This document shows, one piece after another, positions 18,005-25,138 of a DNA stretch of 32,000 bases; position 1 is the stretch's first letter; each line of letters starts with the position of its first letter. The position numbers and the translations under genes were made by a program. The stretch covers positions 2,640,001 through 2,672,000 of the forward strand of contig OY969938.1 of assembly GCA_963704755.1 (NCBI GenBank). The letters run 5' to 3'. Under the pieces are notes generated by a model. It saw only the letters and a program-made list of their open reading frames with translations, was not told the DNA's origin and ran no database searches. Origin of the DNA: an uncultured Chloroflexia bacterium. Lineage in GTDB: Bacteria > Chloroflexota > Anaerolineae > Anaerolineales > Anaerolineaceae.

Positions 18005-19075
18005 TTACACATTAAACCGGATATTCAAAATCTCCCCGTCCTTGACCACGTACTCTTTGCCCTCCAGGCGCAGCTTGCCTTTGGCGCGCGCTTCGGTATA
18101 CCCGCCCAGCTCGACCAGGTCTTCGTAGGTGATCACCTCGGCGCGGATGAAGCCCTTCTGCAAGTCGGTGTGGATTTCTCCGGCGGCCTCGGGTGCGGTC
18201 GCGCCGCGCAGCGTGGTCCAGGCGCGGACCTCGTCCGGCCCGACGGTGAAGAAGGATTGCAGCCCGAGCAGATCATAGGACAGGCGGATCATGCGGTTGA
18301 GGCTGGGCTCGCTGATGCCGTATTCTTGCAGAAACATAGCCGCGTCTTCGGGCGGCAACTGGGCAATGTCCATCTCCAGCTTGCCTTGCAGAGCCACCAC
18401 CTGGCTGCGGCGGTGGTCGTAATTAACCTGCGGTTCGGCCTGCCCCTCGGACAGGTTGAGCACGATCAAAATGGGTTTGCGGCTGAGAAAGCCGAACCCC
18501 GCGAGTAATTTATCTTCTTCAGCGTCGATATCCACGTCGCGCAAAGGGATTTCCTGGTTCAACGTCTCGTGCAGGCGTTCGAACAACACGACTTCACGTT
18601 CGATGAGACTGCGGTCGCGCCCGCCGCCTTTTTTGCGCTCTTCGCTCAAGCGCTCCAACTTGCGCTCGACCGAGACCAGGTCGTTGAGCACAAATTCGCT
18701 GTCCATGATCGAGATGTCGCGCAGCGGATCGAGGCTGCCCTGGGGGTTGGGGACATTTTCATCCTCGAAACAACGCACCACCAGGATAAACCCGTCCACC
18801 TGGGTGAGCTGGTTGAGCAGCGTGCCAGAGATGCCGCTCTTGCCGGCCGAGCCGTCCAGCCCGGCGATATCGGAGTAGTTGACCTTGGCGTAGATGGTTT
18901 TTTTAGGGGTAAACATGCGCGAAAGAATGTCCACGCGTTCATCTGGCACGTCCACCATGGCGGTATGTACTTCGATTTTCCCGGTTGCGATCCCGGTCGG
19001 CTGGCTGCCGCGGGTGAGAGCGTTAAAGAGGGTGGTCTTTCCAGATTGGGGCAGTCCGATGATTCCCAGGCGCAT
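18005..19075 (-). CDS. ychF: Redox-regulated ribosome-binding ATPase YchF
   Basis: MRLGIIGLPQSGKTTLFNALT G1 motif and the characteristic C-terminus GKLRLEGKEYVVKDGEILNIRFNV, 356 aa. Confidence 0.92.
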   Translation of the reverse strand: MRLGIIGLPQSGKTTLFNALTRGSQPTGIATGKIEVHTAMVDVPDERVDILSRMFTPKKTIYAKVNYSDIAGLDGSAGKSGISGTLLNQLTQVDGFILVVRCFEDENVPNPQGSLDPLRDISIMDSEFVLNDLVSVERKLERLSEERKKGGGRDRSLIEREVVLFERLHETLNQEIPLRDVDIDAEEDKLLAGFGFLSRKPILIVLNLSEGQAEPQVNYDHRRSQVVALQGKLEMDIAQLPPEDAAMFLQEYGISEPSLNRMIRLSYDLLGLQSFFTVGPDEVRAWTTLRGATAPEAAGEIHTDLQKGFIRAEVITYEDLVELGGYTEARAKGKLRLEGKEYVVKDGEILNIRFNV

Positions 19076-19138
19076 ATGTTTTGTTTCTAACCTTGACCCT
19101 TCTAATGATTTTCGATATACTCTGTGCTACACGAGAAC

Positions 19139-19223
19139 GCCGGAGTGGCGGAATTGGCAGACGCGCACGACTCAAAATCGTGTACCTTCGGGTATGAGGG
19201 TTCGATTCCCTCCTTCGGCACCA
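19139..19223 (+). tRNA. tRNA-Leu (anticodon CAA), type II with long variable arm, CCA encoded
   Basis: Hand-folded. Acceptor GCCGGAG/CTTCGGC, D stem GCG/CGC, anticodon stem CACGA/TCGTG with loop CTCAAAA, variable arm TACC-TTCG-GGTA, T arm GAGGG-TTCGATT-CCCTC, 3' ACCA. Confidence 0.93.
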
Positions 19224-19235
19224 GCGATTATAACA

Positions 19236-19259
19236 CGCCCCAGCCAGACGGCCGGGGCG
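19236..19259. terminator. GC-rich hairpin between the convergent tRNA-Leu and DUF1232 genes
   Basis: cgccccagcc-agac-ggccggggcg (one mismatch), followed by ctgcgattt. Confidence 0.55.
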
Positions 19260-19291
19260 CTGCGATTTAAAGAGAAGTTCAATCCACCCCC

Positions 19292-19699
19292 TCATCTATG
19301 GGCCAGTAGTCCCCAAACAGCCCGAAAAATTACATAGGCGAGGCCCAGCCAAATAACGATCACGAACCCGGCATAGACCCAATTAACCGGTTTTTCTCGC
19401 CCCATTTGTTCCTCTGCTTTACGCCGAGCTTCGACCATGACTTCCGCGGGGATCATTTTTAGGGCCAGGCTGACATATAGAGGCGTCAAGATGAGGTCGT
19501 CCAGATAACCTAACACTGGAATAAAATCCGGGATTAAGTCGATAGGGCTTAAAGTGCTGGCAACAATAAATGCTGCAAAGGCCCTGGCATACCAGGGTGT
19601 GCGTGAATCCTTATAGGCATAAAACAATGCAAACACTTCACGTTTGAGTAATTGGGCCCGTTTCTTCAGCCAGGCGCCCCACGTACTTATTTTGGACAT
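19292..19699 (-). CDS. DUF1232 (YkvA-like) membrane protein
   Basis: PIDLIPDFIPVLGYLDDL signature of DUF1232, 135 aa. Confidence 0.8.
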   Translation of the reverse strand: MSKISTWGAWLKKRAQLLKREVFALFYAYKDSRTPWYARAFAAFIVASTLSPIDLIPDFIPVLGYLDDLILTPLYVSLALKMIPAEVMVEARRKAEEQMGREKPVNWVYAGFVIVIWLGLAYVIFRAVWGLLAHR

Positions 19700-19728
19700 C
19701 GGTTTGTTCTCACAAAGGGAGGGTGACG

Positions 19729-19752
19729 CCAGGTTCCCAAAAGGGAACCTGG
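19729..19752. terminator. Perfect 10-bp hairpin downstream of the phage-like operon
   Basis: ccaggttccc-aaaa-gggaacctgg, ~125 nt past the stop of the 512-aa gene. Confidence 0.5.
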
Positions 19753-19875
19753 GCAGGTGCCAGAAAAAACTGCCGGTGGAGGGGGATACCCTATCACCCA
19801 GTTTAACCTATTTCGCAGGCATGCAGGGATAGATGCATAAGGGGCATCAGCGCATGCGGGAGCAGGCGGCTAATA

Positions 19876-21414
19876 CTACGCCGCCGATCCCTCCAACCCC
19901 GCCTGCAAACCACCCTCGGGCGTCCACTCCAGCCGCTCGAGCACAACGGCCTCATCCAGCCAGCCGGGGGTGACCTGGGCCCGCCGGCCGGCCGGCGCCT
20001 CCGCCAACCCCAACGGGCGTCCACACAGGCTGCGGAGCTTGCCGTCCGCCGCGATCAGGCACTCGACCGGGGTGCCCTTTGCCAGGACGTAGATTTCCAG
20101 TTCGCGCTGCGGGCTGACCCGCGCCAGCAGGCGCCGGCCATCCGTGCTGCCGGCTTGCAGCAGGTCCAGCAGCTCGTCCCGGCAGGTACGCAGGCTGTCC
20201 TTCCATAACAGGGTATAGCCGCTGACCGGCGTCTTCCAATGCACGCCGTTGAGGAACTGTCCGCCCAGGCCCGGGCCGGCCAGCTCTTCGATCCGCCCGG
20301 CCAGGGGTTCGACCCCCACCAGGTAGAAGTTTATATCAGCCAGCCCGCCGGCCAAGCTGACCCACTGCGAGCCGTTCCAGCTTTTCAGTTGCCCGCCCGG
20401 GTAAGCGTCGCTGTCTTCACGGAAGACCTGGTAGTAATTATCGTTATCTGCCCCGCCGCTGCGGCTCAGTTTGAGCCAGTATTGCTGCCCGGGCTGGATG
20501 CTCACCGGCTGGTCGAAGGCAAAGTGGACGTACCAGCGCCCGCCCTTGATCGCCTCGGCCGGCAGGCTGGCCTGCGCCAGCACGCCGCCCGGCGAGCCGC
20601 CGGCATCGCTGCACAACGCCAGGGCCAGTTCGTCCGCGCAGGCGTTGACCACTTTCAAGTCCAGGGCCACCTCGCTCAGCAGCCAGGGTCCATATCCGGT
20701 CTGGAAGCTCTGCGCCAGCACGGCGTCCAGGTTGGCCGTGCGGCCCAGGCTTTGCGCGTTTTGGGCCGGTTCGACGAAGCCCTCGTAATCCAGGTGAATC
20801 TCGGGATAAACCCAGGCCAGGGTGGAGAACCAGCCGCTGCACAGCAGCCGTACCTGGGCGGTCTGGGCGGGCAGCAGGCCGGTCCAGGGCCGGGTAGCCA
20901 TGGCCGGCAGCGGCGCTGCGGCCGCCTGCAAGCGGGCATCTCGCGCCGACAGGGCCTCGGCTTCCAGCAGCGAGCCCATTTGCAGGATGCTTTCTTTACG
21001 GCCGAAGCTGCGCCGGCTGTGGCCGTCCTCGGCCCAGGGGGTCAGGCAGGTCTCGCCGGCCCAATCGACGGCCGGCCGGCGGCGGTGATAGAGCACCGCC
21101 GTGCGGTTGGCCAGCTCATCCAGGTCGTAGGCGCAGGTCAGCCCGCCGTAGGCAATTTCGATCCGGCGCACGAAACCCCACCAGCAGGCCTGCCCGTCCC
21201 CGGTTGAAATCAGCACCGGTTTTCTGAGCATGTCCGGCGCCCACTGCGGAAAATTCAGCCCTTTCATTAAAAGGGAGATCTCGCCTTGCAGTTCGGCCTG
21301 TTCCGGCCCGCCCATGGCGGCCCAGCTCATATGCTTTACCTGCAAGTCGAACTCCGGCAGGATGGCCGGGCTGTCTTCACGGTGGAAGAATTGGATAGTC
21401 AAGGGCTCGTTCAT
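19876..21414 (-). CDS. Phage-like structural protein of unknown function (tail/receptor-binding candidate)
   Basis: 512-aa ORF with high coding-like GC3. Its start overlaps the upstream gene's stop by 4 nt (21411-21414). No motif recognised; it is the last gene of the module. Confidence 0.6.
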   Translation of the reverse strand: MNEPLTIQFFHREDSPAILPEFDLQVKHMSWAAMGGPEQAELQGEISLLMKGLNFPQWAPDMLRKPVLISTGDGQACWWGFVRRIEIAYGGLTCAYDLDELANRTAVLYHRRRPAVDWAGETCLTPWAEDGHSRRSFGRKESILQMGSLLEAEALSARDARLQAAAAPLPAMATRPWTGLLPAQTAQVRLLCSGWFSTLAWVYPEIHLDYEGFVEPAQNAQSLGRTANLDAVLAQSFQTGYGPWLLSEVALDLKVVNACADELALALCSDAGGSPGGVLAQASLPAEAIKGGRWYVHFAFDQPVSIQPGQQYWLKLSRSGGADNDNYYQVFREDSDAYPGGQLKSWNGSQWVSLAGGLADINFYLVGVEPLAGRIEELAGPGLGGQFLNGVHWKTPVSGYTLLWKDSLRTCRDELLDLLQAGSTDGRRLLARVSPQRELEIYVLAKGTPVECLIAADGKLRSLCGRPLGLAEAPAGRRAQVTPGWLDEAVVLERLEWTPEGGLQAGLEGSAA

Positions 21415-22751
21415 GGAGTTGCATACCTGGCGCCGTAAGCGATGCGCACCCTCAGGCTGTCGTTGACCGGCATACCCGCGTCCGTTTCGAAAAGGAAATA
21501 GACCCGGTTAGGCCGCCCGGGGTGCAGATACAGCGGCTGGCCCACCAGGGTATGGCTGGTGGACCGGCTTTCGCCGTCTGCGTCGCAGCTATAGACCTGC
21601 CCGTGCGGGCCATCCAGGACCAGTTGCTGAGCCTGGGAACAGCCGCTGATCGCCCGCAGCATGGCCCACTGTTCGGTGGGCAGGAGCTGCATGAAGTCCA
21701 GGCTCAGCCGGCGGCCGGCCGGGTCGGGACTTTCGCCCCACAGTTCTAGCGTCAGCGGCCCGTAACTGCCGGCGCTCGACGGCACCGGCGGCAGGTTGAG
21801 CGCCGGCCCGACTGCCATTGAGCTGCCCGCCTCGACCCGCGTCTGGGCGGTCTGTTCCAGCACCGCGCTGTTTTCGCACAGCTTCCAGCGCAGAAAGGTC
21901 GTAGTCGCCGGCGCGTTGTTCAGGCGCAGCACCGGCCGGAAAGCCCGGCCGGCGGCATAGCCCAGGCGGGCCGCATCCAGCTCCCAGGTCAGCAGTCGGG
22001 CTTCTTCGTCGCCCTGCCAATCCACCTGGCAGCAGGCGCCGTTGCTGCAATCGTCTGAGGGCAGGACCTGAACCTGCCCGGCAGCGCTGCCGGGGCTGGC
22101 CAGTTCGCCTTCCAGCACGTGCGCAAAGGCGCCCTGGCTGTCCCGCAGGTCCGTCCCGCCGGCCACGATCACATCCAACAACCGCCGCTGCGGGGCCGGA
22201 CCCAGGTCGAGCGTCAGGGTAGCCGGAGCCGGCAGTGAGCCGGGCAGGTCTTCGGGCAGGATATCGACATAATTCTGGTGACCGGCGGTCCCGTCGCAGT
22301 GGTTGAGCACGGCCAGGCCGTTCCAGACCCCCGCGCCGTTGGCATTGTGCAGCGGCAGCATATTGCCCGGCTCGTTCCAGTTATTCTCGCGCAGCAGGAA
22401 AAGGCGCAGCCCCTGGAACCCGTGCATGCGGTCGCTGGTGCCGTGCCCCAGCAGTTCGATCCGTCCGTCCAGCACCCGGCTGGTCAGCGGATCCTCCCGG
22501 CTGGCCGCCTGGATTTGCAGAAAAATCTCCTCGTCCCGGCCCCGGGCCAGGGCCAGCCACTTTTCCAGTTGGTACAGCCAGGCGCGGATGGTGCTGCCTT
22601 TGAGATCGATAAAGATCTCTTCCTCGACCAGGTTTGTCCCGGCCGGGCGTGGCCCGGCCTCGATGCGCGCCCCGCGCACCGGCTCCACCGGTTCCGGCCC
22701 GTGCAGCACAATCCCGGTTCCATCGATTTTTCGTAAAGATAGTTTGTACAT
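21411..22751 (-). CDS. Phage-like structural protein of unknown function (tail/baseplate candidate)
   Basis: 446-aa ORF translationally coupled to the 512-aa gene. No motif recognised. Confidence 0.6.
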   Translation of the reverse strand: MYKLSLRKIDGTGIVLHGPEPVEPVRGARIEAGPRPAGTNLVEEEIFIDLKGSTIRAWLYQLEKWLALARGRDEEIFLQIQAASREDPLTSRVLDGRIELLGHGTSDRMHGFQGLRLFLLRENNWNEPGNMLPLHNANGAGVWNGLAVLNHCDGTAGHQNYVDILPEDLPGSLPAPATLTLDLGPAPQRRLLDVIVAGGTDLRDSQGAFAHVLEGELASPGSAAGQVQVLPSDDCSNGACCQVDWQGDEEARLLTWELDAARLGYAAGRAFRPVLRLNNAPATTTFLRWKLCENSAVLEQTAQTRVEAGSSMAVGPALNLPPVPSSAGSYGPLTLELWGESPDPAGRRLSLDFMQLLPTEQWAMLRAISGCSQAQQLVLDGPHGQVYSCDADGESRSTSHTLVGQPLYLHPGRPNRVYFLFETDAGMPVNDSLRVRIAYGARYATP

Positions 22752-22771
22752 GGTTCCTCGGAAGAAGAGCG

Positions 22772-23100
22772 GTTAGCTCTTAGCTTTTAGCGGTTAGCTC
22801 TTAGCTCTTAGCTTTTAGCTGTTAGCGGTTAGCTCTTAGCTCTTAGCTTTTAGCTGTTAGCTATTGGCTTTTAGCTGTTGGCTCTTAGCTATTGGCTGTT
22901 GGCTGTTAGCTTTTAGCAGTTGGCTGATGGCTTTTAGCGATTAGCTATTGGCTGCAGGCGATTTACTCTCGGCTTTTTGTCCTTAGCTTTTACTGGCACC
23001 TTGGCCGATAGACTAAACGCTAATGGCTAACAGCTAACAGCTAACCGCTAGCCGCTAACAGCTAAGCGCTAAGCGCTAACCGCTACTCGCTAAAAGCTAT
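22772..23100. repeat. 47 in-phase heptamer units: about 26 clean NTTAGCT/NTTGGCT units, a degenerate centre, then about 13 units of the reverse complement (NNGCTAA)
   Basis: Parsed by hand. The left side reads gttagct cttagct tttagcg gttagct ... to 22953. Degenerate units run to ~23009. The right side reads agactaa acgctaa tggctaa cagctaa cagctaa ccgctag ccgctaa cagctaa gcgctaa gcgctaa ... to 23100. The 7-nt phase is never broken. Confidence 0.9.
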
Positions 23101-23533
23101 TCCACCCCGTCGGTTGCGGATCTTTTCCATCCGGGTAGGGTGGGTCGGCGGACTTTTGCAGCCCGGCCAGCCGGTAGCTTTGCAGGCTCGCCAGAGCCTT
23201 TTCGAAGCTGGCCAGTTGGGCCTGCCCGGCCTGCAGGGCTGCCTGCGCAGCGGCCTGGTCGAAGTGAAAGGCTGCGAGCTGTTCGGCCGAGCGGGTGATC
23301 AAGGCATAGCCCAACGCGCCGCGGATGATCAGGGCAAAGTGATGCCTGGAGAAATTGGTCGGGTTGCTTTCACCGTCCAGGCCTTCCAGCACCCACACCT
23401 GCCCGGAAGCATTCAGCAGGTCCTCGTAGGCCTGGCGGATGCCGGCGATCAGTTCCGCGTCGCTCCATACCAGTTCATTGGGATCGGCCAGCGCATCGCG
23501 CATACGTGCCACAATTTCGTCGGTGTCGCTCAT
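23090..23533 (-). CDS. Small phage-like protein (head-tail adaptor/connector candidate)
   Basis: The ATG at 23533 overlaps the lysozyme stop (ATGA overlap). The N-terminus MSDTDEIVARMRDALADPNELVWSDAELIAGIRQAYEDL resembles gp6-like connector N-termini. The assignment is tentative. Confidence 0.55.
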   Translation of the reverse strand: MSDTDEIVARMRDALADPNELVWSDAELIAGIRQAYEDLLNASGQVWVLEGLDGESNPTNFSRHHFALIIRGALGYALITRSAEQLAAFHFDQAAAQAALQAGQAQLASFEKALASLQSYRLAGLQKSADPPYPDGKDPQPTGWNSF

Positions 23534-24327
23534 GAGGTATGCAGCTCCGGGTGGGCCTGCCATAGCAGGCGTAGTATTTCTTCGTCGCTGATCTCAAGCG
23601 CCGGCTCGCCGGCCGGGACCCGCCCGCACCATTCTTCCAGGTCGGCGGGTGTGCCGTTGAACAGGTTCAGGTCAAGGGCCGTGCTGCAGCCCGGCAGGAC
23701 GAAACGGTCGCCGCTGAACTGCCAGAAAGCCCACTCCCGGCAGCCTTTAGGCAGCGGCGGTCCTTTTGGGGTGGGCAGCAGGTCGTTTTGCAGCTCCTCC
23801 CAGGTGGCCTGGATGCGCCCGGCCGGGTAGGGATATTGGGCCAGCCACAACGGCCAGCCGGCCAGCCAGTCCAGCATCGGGCGGGCGTAATCATTGACGA
23901 AGGACGTGCGGGTGTAGATCAGCACCGGTTTAGCGCAGGCCTGGCGCAGTCCCTGGGCTACTGCCAGGGCCGATGCGCTGATCTGCTCCGGCGAGGCCAG
24001 CCCGGCCACTTTGCCGCTCAGCCATTCGTTCCACGAGCTCCAGTACTGCTCCACGTCCACGGCGGCGAAGTCGAAGGCCTGGTTGGCGACTGCCTGGCAA
24101 AAGTTATCCACCTGGCGCTGGGCGTTCAGGGTCGGGTCGCACCAGTGATACACCCCGGTGATCATCCCGACTGACTGGGCCCCGCTCAAGTGCATCCCCA
24201 GGGCCGAATCGCGGCTGGCGCTGCCCTGGCTGGCTTTGGCGATTGCAAAACGGACACCGGCGGCGGCCAGCAAATCCCAATCGACCTGCGGCTGCCAGCG
24301 GCTGACGTCTATACCTAATGTGTGCAT
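23530..24327 (-). CDS. GH25-family muramidase (endolysin)
   Basis: GIDVSRWQPQVDWDLLAAAGVRFAIAKASQG and FAAVDVEQY motifs typical of GH25 lysozymes. A strong RBS AAAGGAGA lies upstream of the ATG at 24327. Confidence 0.85.
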   Translation of the reverse strand: MHTLGIDVSRWQPQVDWDLLAAAGVRFAIAKASQGSASRDSALGMHLSGAQSVGMITGVYHWCDPTLNAQRQVDNFCQAVANQAFDFAAVDVEQYWSSWNEWLSGKVAGLASPEQISASALAVAQGLRQACAKPVLIYTRTSFVNDYARPMLDWLAGWPLWLAQYPYPAGRIQATWEELQNDLLPTPKGPPLPKGCREWAFWQFSGDRFVLPGCSTALDLNLFNGTPADLEEWCGRVPAGEPALEISDEEILRLLWQAHPELHTS

Positions 24328-24401
24328 CCTGTCTCCTTTCGGTACTCCTCAGTGCATGGGTTAAGAATTTCCCGAACCTGATAATTTGCCTTGCCAGTGC
24401 T

Positions 24402-24574
24402 GAAAAATCCCCCCTGGCCCCCCTTTCCAAAGGGGGGAAAGAAAGAAACACAATGGACCCCCTTTTTAGATGAGGGCAATACAAGCCAGATGATTGGATC
24501 ATACACAGCCTCACGGGGGGCAAATGATCTATCTTTCCCCCCTTTTTCAAGGGGGGTAGGGGGGATTCTTTTTC
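24402..24574. repeat. Family C: inverted pair of ~45-nt elements, each with a poly-C/poly-G hairpin
   Basis: Unit A is gaaaaatcccccctggCCCCCCTTTccAAAGGGGGGaaagaaaga (24402-24446). The reverse complement of unit B (24529-24574) reads gaaaaagaatcccccctaCCCCCCTTgaaaAAGGGGGGaaagataga. Confidence 0.8.
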
Positions 24575-24640
24575 GCACGCGCCCCGGCAAGTTGTAAAGG
24601 TTCGTTCCATCAGATCGAGCCAATGGATATCAGCGCTTGT

Positions 24641-24844
24641 TCAAGCGCCCCGGCCGGCGTCTTCGATCGCCACGCCGGTCGAATAGACTGCCAGCGCGGC
24701 GATCGCGGCCTGGACGGCCTGCCAGACGGTCAATTCGCAACTGCTCAGCCCGGCCGCGATCGCGGCCAGCGCCACCAACAGCGCCCAGAACTTGCGGGAG
24801 CGCAAAATCATGCCAATTTGTTTCCAAAAATCGATGTTATCCAT
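24641..24844 (-). CDS. Holin-like small membrane protein (2 predicted TM)
   Basis: 67 aa from the ATG at 24844 (RBS AAAGAGGA); an alternative TTG lies 6 codons upstream at 24862. It has two hydrophobic helices and sits upstream of the endolysin. Confidence 0.55.
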   Translation of the reverse strand: MDNIDFWKQIGMILRSRKFWALLVALAAIAAGLSSCELTVWQAVQAAIAALAVYSTGVAIEDAGRGA

Positions 24845-24865
24845 GATGAAGTCCTCTTTCAATGA

Positions 24866-25131
24866 TGCAGTGGTTCGGTGTTCCTGTGTTGCGGTGGGGA
24901 GGTGTCAAATGTCGGGGGGGTGTTGCAGTGATTCGGTTTTACGGTGATTTAGTGGGGTGTCAGGTGTCGGGGAAGTGTTACATTGATTCGGTGTTACATT
25001 TTTGGGGTGGGTTAAGGGTCTCGACAGGTCACTCCAACATCCTGGCGCTTCAAAACTGAAGAACTGTCGCACCAAAACACCTCCCTGACACCTGAAACAC
25101 TGAATCACCGAATCACTGCAACACCTCCCCC
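24866..25131. repeat. Family B: nested direct and inverted repeats forming a long imperfect hairpin
   Basis: The left arm 24914-24977 (gggggggtgttgcagtgattcggttttacggtgatttagtggggtgtcaggtgtcggggaagtg) pairs with the right arm 25078-25131 (cacctccctgacacctgaaacactgaatcaccgaatcactgcaacacctccccc). Extra direct copies of gcagtgRttcggt and ggtgtcaNNtgtcgggg lie at 24866-24917. Confidence 0.8.
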
Positions 25132-25138
25132 GGATTAT

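Noticed and set aside
22772-23100. Possibility that the heptamer array encodes a repetitive peptide or belongs to the flanking ORFs
   Set aside because: A 7-nt period shifts the frame at every unit, and TAG/TAA occur in the units on both strands, so all six frames are closed repeatedly. Only the last ~10 nt overlap the stop of the 23090..23533 gene.
24104-24623. ORFs 24104..24610(-), 24315..24623(-) and 24391..24597(+) with PPLKKGG/PPLERGARGDF-like peptides
   Set aside because: They are read-through translations of the poly-C/poly-G hairpin repeat pair (family C) and of the 5' end of the lysozyme gene in other frames. They have no RBS, and both strands are equally open.
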